Assembly (NCBI RefSeq): GCF_006345805.1
Contig: NC_043001.1
Span: forward strand, 49,290,001 to 49,354,000
Direction of reading: 5' to 3'
DNA from: Octopus sinensis
Lineage: Eukaryota
Length of the DNA: 64,000 bases
A program made the position numbers and the translations under genes. The notes under the pieces are model-generated. The model made no database searches. It was not told where the DNA came from and saw only the letters and a list, made by a program, of their open reading frames with translations. Positions 40,190 through 52,486 of the stretch are shown here, one piece after another; within the stretch, counting starts at the first letter, position 1; every line of letters starts with the position of its first letter.

Positions 40190-43100
40190 AATACGCATAT
40201 TTTCCTTATTTGTTCGTGTTTGGTCAGTGGTGTTGACTGGGCATTGGTACAGTGTAAAGACTAGAAATTTGGGGGAATTTTTGTGCACAGAGATCTAAGT
40301 AGTATCTGTTTTGTGGTGGGGTCCCGCAATTGTTGGCAGTGGACTGTCATCCTATCTCTGAGAGTAAGACTAGTTTGTCCTATGTAGTCTTTGTGGCACC
40401 CTTCCCACCTAATGACATAAAGTAAATTCTTTGATGCGCAGGTGAAGTTATTTTTTACGACAAAAGTGTGTCCTGACTGGAATTTGTATATTGTTCCTTC
40501 AATGAGGTAGATGCAAGCCCGGCAGATAGATCAACCACATTTTTCAACGGTGGGTAGTGGGCTTGTGTTGGGTAATTTTGCATTAGTGAGTAAGTCTTTT
40601 AGGGATTTGGGTTGTATCTTGCTTTTTATTACTTTTGGGGTTTCGAGTCCTTTTTTTAGACGTGGTTCTTAACTCGGTAGTGGGATGTCTTTGTATATAA
40701 TCGTGTAAGCTTCTGTATTTCTTGGATTGTGTGTTGAGAGATATGGAAGACTATTTAATGTAGCTTGAATGTGTTTAGGTTTCTGTAAATCTTGAATATC
40801 GATTGTCTTGGTCCGTTCTATTCCATTGTCAACTACTGATGCTGGATACTGTCTTTCGAGAAGAATTGCATTTAGTTCTTGGAATCTTTTATTTCGCGTT
40901 CTATAATTTGAGACAATTGTACAGATTTTTCTAGCTAGATTGAAGGGGATGTTTGTCTTCGTGTGCTTTGGGTGATTAGAGGTGCACAGGAGGTATTGTT
41001 TGGAATCAGTTAGTTTATAGTGGATATCAGTTTCAATGTTGGTGCCTTTTTTTATAATAAGAATGTCTAGAAATGAAAGTTGGTCTTGACTATATTCCAA
41101 TGTAAACTGGATATGGTTGTTGACACTGTTGATTAAATTTTTGAATTCATTGAGTTGGTCGAGTGTGCGACACCATAGCTTGAGGCAATCATCCAAATAG
41201 CGTTTCCAATGCTCCAACACGTATTTGTGGAAAGACAGACCGTATTTTGATTTTGATTGTTCATAGATTTGTAATACTATGTAGGCCATTACCAGATTAG
41301 CATAAGCTGGGGCAACTTTAGTACCCATTGCAGTCCCTGATACTTGCCTGTAGGTATTATTATTAAAAGTTAAAAAGTTGTTTTGGAGTATAAACTTAAG
41401 GCTCTCGATGATAAATTCTTTTTTCATCATTTCCGGACATCATTGGGGTATTTTTCTGGCTAGAATTTAATGGCTTCCAGTCCATATTCATGTGGGATCG
41501 TAGTATAAGGGTTTATCACATCAAAAGAGACGATGGAAATATCTTTATTGGTATGTTTGGGGTGGTGGTTTAGGTCGTCTCTTAGAATATTTGGTATGTG
41601 CTTAAGTATTGGTTTTAAGAGTATATCAATGAAGTTGTTTAATCTGTGTGTTTCACAGTTTGGGCCTGTCACAACTGGTCTCAGTTTGAGATCAGTGGGA
41701 TGTGGTACAGTGATGCAGGTTGAGGTGGACTTTTTGCAAGCTTCGGTAATTATTTTGCTCTTGTGGATTTTCGGAAGCTTGTAGAGGTTGCTAGTTTTGC
41801 AATCAGAATTTGTCAGGTAGTCGCATTCCTTTGCCGTTAAGCTATTTCGATATTGGCAAATGAGTGTGTTGAATTTGGAAATTGTTTTTGATTGTAGGAA
41901 GTATCTTGTAAGAGGTGAGATACAGAGTTTTTGTATTGTTCATTGTTCATAATCACAACAGTACTACTCTTATCTGATTCCTTGGGTTTGATGTCATGAT
42001 TGTTTTGTAACTCGTAGATGATTTCCCATTCCCTTTTACATGTACTAGATTTGGGTTTAGGTTGTGGTAGTTCCTTATAAGGGAAGTTTGAAATGTAATC
42101 CCGAGTTTGAAATGTAATCCAGAGTTTTGTTCTTGCCTTTTGTAGGATTGTAATTGCTCTTATTGCGAACCATTGATTAGTCGTTATTATTTTCCTTGTC
42201 AAAAAATTCCTCTGTGAGGCGTAATGTTCTGCAAAAGTGTGAGACGTCATCATTTATTTCACTGAGGTTAGGGTATTGTGGAGTTGGAGTGAATTTCAGC
42301 CCTTTTGAGAGGACTTTAATTTGGTGGGTTGACAGGTTTAGGTTTGAGAGATTCACTTTTTATGGTTTTTCAGGGTTGGTATGTACCATCTGGTGTCATG
42401 GATTCTGTTGCCTTGGCCTAAAAAAATGATTTCTGGGTGTTTTTCTGTCTGCATTTTTTTTTGTGTATTAGTATTTCCTCCATTATTGTGTGGCCTTCTA
42501 AAGGAGTTTTGGTTATTCCGGGGTTTGGGTTGTTGGCAGTGGATGTAATTTTGGTCCCTTAGTGTGGGTTGGAACATACAGTCGTGGTTTAGAAGTGAAT
42601 TTCTATGTGTTGGGTGGGATCCACGATTTTGGAACGATTCCTATGTGGGTTGGGATCTACGGTGTCGGGTAAAGTTTTGTCTTGGGTTGGTGGGTTCCTT
42701 TTGGTAAGATTGTAGTAAAGTTCTGTTATTGTTGTTGTCAAAGTTTGGAGTGGTGTATGTTTGATGTTTTGCGATTTGTTTTCTTTGTTGTAGGTGAGGT
42801 GTGTGAGTTTTAACTATTTTTTCAAATATGGGTTGCTTGTATGGTGTTCGTTTTCAAACTCCGTTTCGTAATTGGCGAACTAGGTGGTATTTTTTTCCAT
42901 CGTTGGAGGGATGTTAGTTCTTCATCCTCATAGTTTTTTCTCCAAAAAAGTTTGGTGGTTCTATCAAAGAGTGCACCTTCACAGCATTTTGAAATTACAA
43001 TTTACATTTCGTTATCAAGTGCTTTGAAATTTTCTTTGTTGGAATTGGCTCTTAGCTGTAACGACTCTATTTCTGTTTTGAACTTTTCTAAAGCCAATTT

Positions 43101-43360
43101 CTCCCTGAGTTTTGTTGATTTCCTAGTTCATTTCGGATGGGTTTTATTTGGAGTTTTTTGGGAAGGATGATTGGGGTGGAGTTGAGCCACTTTTCATAAA
43201 GGTCTGCTTTTTTACTATTTTTTATGAAATTCCCGAAACTTGCGTGCTGTGAGATTTAAAATCAGATGTTAAGTGTGTTTTTAATTGAGTAACAGTCTGT
43301 TGTATGTTCTTGCTTTTGGAGTATTGTTGTCTATTTGATTAGTTTTTGTAATGTTGGGAT
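40190..43360 (-). mobile_element. Penelope-like element (Neptune-type), near full length, frameshifted RT + GIY-YIG
   Basis: RQVSGTAMGTKVAPAYANL..WKRYLDD..IQFTLEYS..LSFLDI..HYKLTDSKQYL..SNHPKHTK; GIY-YIG NFTCASKNLLYVI..CHKDYIGQTSLTLRDRMTVH at ~40330-40450. Confidence 0.92.
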
Positions 43361-43368
43361 AATGTCAG

Positions 43369-43520
43369 GAGTTCAAATTCCGCCGAGGTCGACTTTGCCT
43401 TTCATCCTTTCGGGGTCGATAAATTAAGTACCAGTTACGCACTGGGGTCGATGTAATCGACTTAATCCGTTTGTCTGTCCGTGTTTGTCCCCTCTATGCT
43501 TATGTGAGCAATAAAGAAAT
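43369..43520 (+). mobile_element. Headless SINE B at the PLE 5' boundary
   Basis: Starts GAGTTCAAATTCCGCCGAGG. Confidence 0.85.
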
Positions 43521-43537
43521 AAATTATTATTGTTATT

Positions 43538-43569
<32 letters not shown>

Positions 43570-43573
43570 TATA

Positions 43574-43941
43574 CTAGCAGTATCGCCCGGCGTTGCTCGG
43601 GTTTGTAAGGGAAATAACTATAAAGCATTTTTAGAGAGTTATAGCCAAAAAATGGGGAAAAAATGATGGTAAATTTTTTTTTAGTTAAAAAGGTCGAGTT
43701 GCGTCCCCTAGACAGTCTGTGGTTTGTGTTTCTAATTCTCGACCCCATGTCGAATTTATCGATTTTTTTAGAACTGGGGGAACTTTTCAAAATTTTCTCT
43801 GCGTTAGTTTTGAATTATGACATTGGGCTATGTGTGTGTCAAGTTTCATCAGAATCGGTTGAAAGCCGTGGTCAGGGTGAGGGTACAACCTAACAGACAC
43901 ACAGAAACACACACAGACAAACTGCCGTTTATATATAGAGA
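43574..43941 (-). mobile_element. Lep1-like non-autonomous Helitron (short)
   Basis: 5' TC, 3' hairpin CCCGAGCAACGCCGGG + CTAG, inserted A|T. Confidence 0.88.
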
Positions 43942-43972
43942 TATATATATTATTATTATTATTATTATTATA

Positions 43973-44345
43973 TCTCTCTCTATATAAACGGCAGTTTGTC
44001 TGTGCGTTTTCTGTGTGTCTGTTTTCTCGTACCCTCACTCTGACCACGGCTTTCAACCGATTCTGATGAAACTTGACACACACATAGCCTAATGTCATAA
44101 TTGAAAACTAACGCAGCGAAAATTTTGAAAAGTTCCCCCAGTTCTGAAAAAAATCGATAAATTCGACATGGGGTCGAGAATCAGAAACCCAAACCACAGA
44201 CCGTCTAGGGGACGCAACTCCACCTTTTTTAACTCTGAAAAAAAATTTACCATCATTTTTTTTCTATTTTTTGGCTATAACTCTCTAAAAATGCTTTATA
44301 GTTATTTCCCTTACAAACCTGAGCAACGCCGGGCGATACTGCTAG
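43973..44345 (+). mobile_element. Lep1-like non-autonomous Helitron (short), head-to-head with the previous copy
   Basis: A|TCTCTCTCTATATAAACGGCAG...GAGCAACGCCGGGCGATACTGCTAG|T. Confidence 0.88.
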
Positions 44346-44359
44346 TATATATATATACA

Positions 44360-44617
44360 CATAAATTTATAATTAATTATTAATTATAATTGAGGGTACA
44401 CGAAGCACCAGCGTTGCTAGAAATAAGAGTCGAAAAACATTCAAATAAACCACCATTTCACTGAACATTCAACAGGCTAAAAATCGAGGTAAACGAGGAA
44501 CTCGTTCCTCGATTTTCGTCAGCCTGTTGAGTGTTCAGAGAAATGGTGGCTCAATTCTAGCAACGCTGCTGCTTCGTGTACCCTCAATTATAATTAATAA
44601 TTAATTATAAATTTATG
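44360..44617. repeat. Nested fold-back palindrome, ~258 bp
   Basis: Outer arms ~70 bp, inner arms 44451-44478 / 44521-44548, central hairpins. Confidence 0.85.
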
Positions 44618-44717
44618 AATTTGTCTTTTTGGCTACAATGCTTGCTATCCGCTTATACTATTGCTGTTATTATTTATAATAATAATAACAATAGCAATAA
44701 TAACAATAATAATAATA

Positions 44718-45092
44718 ACAAGAGCACTCAGTGTGCGCAAACCTCCGCCAAGGGAATACCAACGTTCTCTCAAAGATTAGCTGGAGATGATTTTTAAAAT
44801 GGGAATATCTTAAATAAATTCGAGTGCTCTCACAAACGAGAATACTAAAAATGAACCCGACCGCTCTCAAAAATTAAGTAAAAAACAAAAAAAAAACAAA
44901 AAAAAAAACACCCGGAAAAATAATGCAGAATCCTTGTCCGGTACCAGATCGATCCCAAAATCTAATCAATTCGTGTCAATCACAAGTTTCATCCGAATCC
45001 ATCCAGCGGTTCTTGAGATGTCTCGCCCTCGGGCAAACAAGCAAACAAACAAACACGACTGAAAACAATACCTCTGCCTTCGCTAAGGCTGA

Positions 45093-45096
<4 letters not shown>
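44718..45096 (+). mobile_element. Helentron/HINE-like non-autonomous element
   Basis: 5' ACAAGAGCACTCAG..CCTCCGCCAAGG; internal (AAAC)n; 3' GAAAACAATACCTCTGCCTTCGCTAAGGCTGA hairpin; lies in (AAT)n. Confidence 0.65.
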
Positions 45097-45150
<54 letters not shown>

Positions 45151-45718
45151 GAGTTGGAACCTACATACATTGGAAGCTATGCCAACATTATGGAATAACA
45201 ACAGAAAAAAAGATGGTATAGGCACACACCAGAAAAGGTCACAGAAAACGAGAAAGCAACCATACTCTGGGATATGCCGATACACACAGATAGAGAATTA
45301 AGGCCAACAGACCAGATATAGTTGTCAGAGATCATGAAGAAAAAAAATGCTTTCTAATTGATGTATCAATACCGGCAGATGACAACGTGTCTCTAAAAGA
45401 AATGGAGAAACTCTCAAAATACAAAGACCTGGAAATAGAGGTAACTAGAATGTGGAACCTGAAAACAAACAATTCCTATCATAGTAGGTGCATTAGGCAT
45501 GATAAAAAAATATTCAGACAAATACATAACAAAAACACCAGGACTTACAAACACATATAACATACAGAAAATTGCACTACTAGGCACTGCACACATCCTA
45601 CGCAGAACATTTTCCATACAATAACCATCAGAGCATCACAACAAATCACAGCACATACCCAAGGCACACAGAGCTGCGCTCGGTAGTGAAGTGAAAGCAC
45701 ACTATAAAAATAAAACTA

Positions 45719-45722
<4 letters not shown>
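45151..45722 (+). mobile_element. R4/Dong-clade RLE retrotransposon, 5'-truncated, in (TAA)n
   Basis: YIHWKLCQHYG..WYRHTPEKV..ILWD..ANRPDIVV..LIDVSIP..EKLSKYKDL..IQKIALLGTAHILRR; (AAT)n on both flanks. Confidence 0.88.
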
Positions 45723-45749
<27 letters not shown>

Positions 45750-45763
45750 TCTTTATGTGTGTG

Positions 45764-45835
<72 letters not shown>

Positions 45836-46216
45836 ATATATTATGATTGTATATATATATATATATATCATTTAGAAGAGGATCAGAAAAACTGTAAACC
45901 AAATTCCTATTTTCATTTCACACTTGTTTTTTTCAGTATGACTTGTCGACCACCACTGAAATTAATGAACTTTGTACAATTGATATACAGTTTTAATTTT
46001 ATTGACTGCTATGAACATTAAAACGTACACCTGTTTTGAATATGTTAATTTATCAACGTTGAAACATTTTACTTTGTCAATAATGAAACTTTTAAAGATG
46101 ATTTATTTATTTCATTTTTCAACAGCACATTTTCCAATATTTTTTCGGCGTGGAAACACCACCTCTTTTGTTTATATATATATACGTGTGTGTGTATGTA
46201 TATGTATATATATATA

Positions 46217-46283
<67 letters not shown>

Positions 46284-46332
46284 CATACATACATATATAT
46301 ATATATATATTAATATATATATATATATATTA

Positions 46333-46377
<45 letters not shown>

Positions 46378-46379
46378 AT

Positions 46380-46427
<48 letters not shown>

Positions 46428-46429
<2 letters not shown>

Positions 46430-46590
46430 GACGGGCGTCTTTCAGTTTCCATCTACTCACAAGGCTTGGTCACAAATCCACTCACAAGGCTTTGGTCGGC
46501 CTGAGCCTATTGTAGAAGACACTTGCACGAAGTGTCACGCAGTGGAATTGAACCCGGCACCATGTTGGAAAGTAAGCTTCTTGCCACGCG
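46428..46590 (-). mobile_element. SINE A head with small internal duplication
   Basis: ACTCACAAGGCTT repeated. Confidence 0.75.
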
Positions 46591-46789
46591 TAATTTCACA
46601 GAAACAAGGAGGCTAATTCACTAGTTTAATGGTAGCACCCTTAGTCGCGTTAACAAAGGGATGTGGGTTCGAGTTCCACGCAGATAGGAAAGCCTACAAT
46701 TTTCTGTCGAGGGCTTATATGCCCCCTTATCAGACTATTTTCCTTAGTCATTGTTCGGTGATCGCTATAAGCTTATATAAATACCATTA

Positions 46790-47003
46790 TGGGGTACAGA
46801 AAAGTTCCTGGCTTTGGGTAAAAGAAAATACAGGAGGATCAGTTAATGATTTTATGCATCATATTCCCCTCTCAGATTCACACGCTTATTGCAGCAGTTC
46901 TTCAGTCTTACTAAGCTCTGTAAAAGAACGAAGTAGGTTAGGTCTCTAACCTGGTTTTTCGCGATACCGTTAAAGCATTAAACTTTTCAGTGCCGCCTCG
47001 ATA
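46790..47003. mobile_element. Degenerate mariner-type MITE
   Basis: TATGGGGTACAGAAAAGTT / AACTTTTCAGTGCCGCCTCGATA imperfect TIRs. Confidence 0.5.
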
Positions 47004-47012
47004 TATATACTT

Positions 47013-47095
<83 letters not shown>

Positions 47096-47993
47096 TGTGT
47101 ATGTATATGTATATATAATATCTATATATATATAATATATATATATATTATATATATATATATATATATTATATATTATATATATATATATATATAATAT
47201 ATATATATATATCAGCATGGCCGCAGCTCTGAGCTGAAACTAGAAAAATATATATATATATATATGTATATATATGTACAGTGTCATTTTGAAAATTATA
47301 TAAATTATGTGAAACAAACATTCTTTTGGAGGTTTTTCGATTTTACGTTTAATAATTATCTGAATTAGTAAAGCTGTACCGGAAATGTCCGAATTATCCA
47401 AGTATATAGCATTCGTTTGTTATTGTTGTTATGGTGACAGACGTTTGAGCAGGCCTTTAATAATAGGTTTTCCATCTACTACATTTTTTTTCTGATGATC
47501 CATCTACGATTACATTATGCAAGTTATTCGTCCTTTCTTAAGGACCACAGTAGGGTGTGGTCTGAGGGAAATTTAACTGCTATACCTAGCAAGACGAGTG
47601 ACCGGATTGAGAAAACTTTTGCATTGTCATTCCCGAATGTCTTTGTGTGTTTTTTGTTAATTCTCCATCCATCTTGATGCTGTTTGACGTTGCATTGTAA
47701 TTTATGGATTATCCCAAGTAAGAATGATGTCGCTAGACGACATACTGCACATTTACACCTACACACAACCTCACGTCGTCTCATGTCAAAACCTAGATAC
47801 TGGACAGCTATATCCGGTATTCAACTATGAACATATAGGACAAACTTCCGGAAGCTGAAATGGAAATCATTCTCGGTTGACTGAATGCAAATTTCAAGAG
47901 TAAATTTCAGTACCATTTTCACTATCGAATCACTTTGAGTTTAGATACACAATGATATTTATAAACATAAATATGTGCTCTCTCGCTCTCTTC

Positions 47994-48052
<59 letters not shown>

Positions 48053-48080
48053 GAAAAAAGCAACAAGAATGGATTAAAAT

Positions 48081-48166
48081 CTCGGTACGATCGTTTCGTA
48101 CGAGGACATCTTTAATAAGCTACAAAAAATGCAGTGAATACAGATGGCTCGTACTCGTCAGCCGAA
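48081..48166 (-). ncRNA. Hammerhead ribozyme, best-formed copy in the window
   Basis: UUCGG-CUGACGA-GUACGAG...CUCGUAC-GAAA-CGAUCG-UA^CCGAG: 5-bp stem I, 7-bp perfect base of stem II, palindromic stem III. Confidence 0.88.
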
Positions 48167-49151
48167 AAAACATCAGAGAATTCCCAAACATCAAAAGGGG
48201 TAGATACAAAAGAGGTTGTAAGATTAACTGCATTGAAGAAAGTTCGATTCATGGAGATCCGATGAAAGGTTTTAAACTTACAGAATTTATGCATGTCTAC
48301 ATATAGCTCATATTGAATTTCTAATCAAGTTGTGTGAAGAAATTTTCGGATACAGTCATGCAAAATTTCTGAAAATCCGAGTAAGAGGCAAAGTGACTGC
48401 CATATCATGTAGAGGAAAGTCTGAGTAAAAGCAAAGTGACTGTCATATCGTGTAGAGGAACAGATTGTTATTGAAATTTACAAGAATCGCAGATAAGTTC
48501 GATTCTTTATATCTATAAATAAATATATATATTTACTTACCACACAACCACTCCTACGCCTTTATATTAATTTTACATATTTAACACATTCCTGGGAGCT
48601 GGTACATAAATATCAATGACTGGTGAGGTCGCGGTATTCGTTATGTAACCATAATAAACTATAAAGTATAGTAAACGTTTTTATAAGTCATTAGTAACTT
48701 CCAGGAATGTGTTTAATATATAAAATTGGTATAGCCAATTATGTTACTTAGTGGCTATTTAAGCAATGTGTTCGTGGATGATTAAGGGGTTAGATGGGTG
48801 TTGACAAAGGAGTAAAAAGCTCCCGAAATATGGCATATAGGCCCATTCCCCTTTTCTCATTTTCAATCTCATTGTTTACATCTGAGGTCCCGAATACGAA
48901 ACGTCAGAACAAAAATAAGTAGTGGCTATAATTTGCTATAGAATATCTGTAGAGATAACCTTAACAACAGATGTAAAGTGCACTGCTAACACAGTATTGA
49001 TTTATAAAAACACGTTTAATATACTTTATAGTATATTACGATTGCATAACAAAATTACAGTGTCCCTACAAGTTATTAATATATATATGTGTGTGTAGTG
49101 TATGTGTGTGTGTGTATTATGTGTATGTGTGCGTGTATATATATATATATC

Positions 49152-49456
49152 ACCGTGATCACCGTGACCGACCAGACTATCAGATGTTGCTACACATCGC
49201 TGGTCACAATGCGCTTCGCACTGTTTTAGCCTTCAAATGATGCCACCCCGCTGGCTGAGCGAGCAGGGCTACAGAAGAAAGAGTGAGAGAAAGTTGTGGC
49301 GAAAGAGCACAGCAGGGACCGCCACCACCTCCTGCTGGAGCCTCGTGGAGCTTTAGGTGTTTTCGCTCAATAAACACTCATAACGCCCGGTCTGGGATCG
49401 AAACCACGATCCTAAGACCGCGAGTCCGCTGCCCTAACCACTGGGCCATTGCGCCT

Positions 49457-49458
<2 letters not shown>
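49152..49458 (-). mobile_element. SINE family C, full length
   Basis: Homologous to 18885-19187. Confidence 0.85.
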
Positions 49459-49490
<32 letters not shown>

Positions 49491-49829
49491 GTATACATTA
49501 TATATATATGCACATATATGCATATATGTATGCATATGTATATGCATGTATTTGTATGTATGTAGTTCATTAAAGATTATACATCATTTCATCATATTTA
49601 ATGTTTTTATAAAATCCTCATTAGACTATAAAGAAAACTATTCGCGAAAAAGAAAGAATGAAAGAATGAAAGAAAGAAAGACAGACAGAGAGAAAGAAAG
49701 GAAGAAAAAGATAAAATTCTCGAGAAAACGCTTTACATCTTCATTCGCCTCTCTCTACTCATATAAAGAATACTAAACAACACAAAAACACTGGCTCGTA
49801 AACTATGTTTGAGGTAGACAAACGTATGT

Positions 49830-50020
49830 AGTGAAAACGAACAGCACGTCCAGAACTTGCAGTTTACCAAATGAAGTACTACAAGGAGTCGTCCGGTCAC
49901 CAGTTCTTTTTAAATTATACTACAATTTTGTCCCAACTACACAAGATAAATTGAGACATCTCACTCGCGTTCTCAAATTTCCTCCAGATGGTGCTGCACC
50001 ATTACTGCAACACTAATGAA
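49830..50020 (+). mobile_element. Possible LINE RT fragment
   Basis: EVLQGVVRSPVLFKLY resembles GVPQGSVLSPLLFNLY. Confidence 0.35.
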
Positions 50021-50559
50021 TATGGGTTGGATTGCGAATTGGTTGATTACCCCTAATTAGGCTTTACATCGTATAGAGGAGTAAAAGACAGAAAGAGGAA
50101 CTGCTGTGACTGCTGCTGCTGCTGCGGAAGCTGCTGTTGTGGCGTCGGCGACGGTGGAGGCTGTAGCGGTGGAGGAGGAGAAGGAGGTGGAGGAAGAAGA
50201 AATGGCAGTCGAGTAGTTGTGAGAAAAGTTGGAATTTTGCAAAAACAGGTTTCCGATGTATTAGATTGCTTTCATGTTGATAAAATTTAGATAAAAATGA
50301 CAATACATATTTTATTACAAATATACGAATTAGAAATTTGTTTTACCTAATTTTAAAGTAAATACTTTTTTTTGACTATTTATATTCATTTTTTCATTTT
50401 GTACAAGCACTAAGACATTTAAGTTTGAATTATATTAAACTGTATGTACGCTATATTTCCTATTATTATTCTAGTGGCGGGCGAAACCATGCACCCCTAA
50501 GTTAGTCGTTCTATGGTAGATGAACTCAAGTATATATGACTCATGTAAGACATGGAACC

Positions 50560-50895
50560 TTTACAAACGTCATGTAAGGGTCCTTGAACGCTTTCATCAG
50601 AGATGTCTCAGGCATATTCTGAATGTTGGCTGGATCTTTAAAAAATTCCAGGCACACAGGTCCTGAGGACAGCTGATATCTTGAGTATTGAGACGATGGT
50701 GCACAAGCACCGGTTACATTGGACTGGACACCTTATTAGAATGAAGGATAACAGGGTCCCCAAGCAGGTGCTATATGGGGAACTTGTGAATGGAAAGAGG
50801 CCCCGGCAGAAACCAAGGCTGCGATTTAAGGAGTGTGTCAAGTCCTCATTAAAGGCCTGTGATATGCAGGAGACTGACTGGGAGAGCAATGCCTG
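50560..50895 (+). mobile_element. RTE/BovB-like LINE 3' remnant
   Basis: SIETMVHKHRLHWTGHLIRMKDNRVPKQVLYGELVNGKRPRQKPRLRFKECVKSSLK. Confidence 0.85.
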
Positions 50896-50899
50896 TCAC

Positions 50900-51342
50900 T
50901 GCCAAAATGAACGAAAATATGCTACTCCTCCGTCCCAGACTGGTCAACAGGATCAATCATTCTTCATGACTATGCTCGACCACACGTTTCACTAATGACG
51001 CTTCAGAAGTTGAGGGAACTTGACTACGAAGTTCTCTCCCCACCCAGCTTATTCGTCAGACCTTTCTCCTACCGACTACCACTTTTTAAAGTACCTTGAA
51101 GGTTTCCTGCGAGAGAAAGAGTTAAAAAATCAAGCCGATGCTGAAAGTGCGTTCAAAGAATTCATCAACTCCAGAACTCAAGATTTTTATGTTACCGGAA
51201 TAAACAAACTTGTAACTCGTTGGCAAAAATGTGTTGATTATAATGGTACTTACTTTGATGAATAAAATTTCCGCATTGTTGAAATAAAGTGTGATGAATT
51301 TCATGTTTCCAAACATTGCTTATATTTTACCAAGCCTGATAT
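50900..51342 (+). mobile_element. Mariner transposase 3' remnant with right end
   Basis: HPAYSSDLSPTDYHFLKYL..FYVTGINKLVTRWQKCVDYNGTYFDE*. Confidence 0.88.
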
Positions 51343-51409
51343 ATAATATATATTACACAGGGTGTGTAAGGTATTTGAGTATATATTATACAGGGTACGT
51401 AAGGTATTT

Positions 51410-52480
51410 GAGTGTAGAAACTGCCTACTTCTGTATGGACACTGATATATATCTACAAGAAGAGGGTTTAGCTATGGTTTCGCCATTATCACCAATAATA
51501 GCCAATATATACATGGAATACTTTGAGAATTTGGCTTTAGGATCAACTAAAACCAACCGTATGGCTGCGATATGTTGATGATATCTTTATACTCTGGCCC
51601 CACCAGGAAGATGTCCTCATGTGAACTCAATAAAGCCATCCATACATTTCACAATGGAAAAAGAAAAAGACAATCAGCTAGCATTCCTGGACGTATTAAT
51701 AACACGCCCCAAGTATGGATTCAGGACATCCGTGTACCGCAAGCCGACCTTCACTGGACGATACCTCAACTTTAATTCCCACCATCCATACAGTGTAAAG
51801 AGAGGGATTGCTCAGCGCCTAAAACATCGAGCAAAGAATATAAGTAGCGATCGTGATACACACCACGAAGAAATGATCAAGCTCAATAACAATCTTTTAA
51901 GCAACAACTACCCTAAAAGTATACTATCCACTCCAGTTATGAAGAAAAGAGAGGATGCAATCAATAAACTGTCCACAGTCTGTCTACCCTTTGTGAAAGG
52001 CATCTCCGAAAAGATACAAAAGATATGCGGCCCATATGACATTTGGACAGTATTAAAGAGTAATACAACACTTCGCAAATATCTCGAGTAAAACCACCAA
52101 TAGAAGAGAATATGACCAAAGACTGCATATACTCCATCCCATGCAGTTGTGGTAGGTTATACAAAAGCGAAACATGCTGCCCCCTCAAAATAAGGGTAGA
52201 CAAACATCGCAAAGCTGTGACTCGAGGAGATATTGGTAAATCGGGTATAGCTGATTATGTATGGAAACATGGAGACCACCTCCCCCTGTGGGATGAAGTT
52301 AAAATAATAGACAGAGAACACCACTGGAAAATACGAAAACTAAAAAGAAGCAGCACATATGCTAGGACAGAACAACCTCCTAAGCAGACCGAGTGCAGAT
52401 ATGAGTAGGATATGGGATCCGGTATTAAGGAAGGATAGGAAAATATTAGATTTATAAGCCCTAAAATTCACTCCATAATT
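51410..52480 (+). mobile_element. Penelope-like element (Poseidon-type), 5'-truncated RT + GIY-YIG
   Basis: GLAMVSPLSPIIANIYMEYFE; IHFTMEKEKDNQLAFLDVLI..VYRKPTFTGRYLNFNSHHP; CIYSIPCSCGRLYKSET..LKIRVDKH. Confidence 0.9.
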
Positions 52481-52486
52481 GCCCAC

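Noticed and set aside
46608-46690. A/B-box-like tRNA remnant
   Set aside because: No cloverleaf; probably an old SINE head.
50057-50303. Gly/Cys- or Ser/Ala-rich ORFs
   Set aside because: Explained by trinucleotide low complexity.
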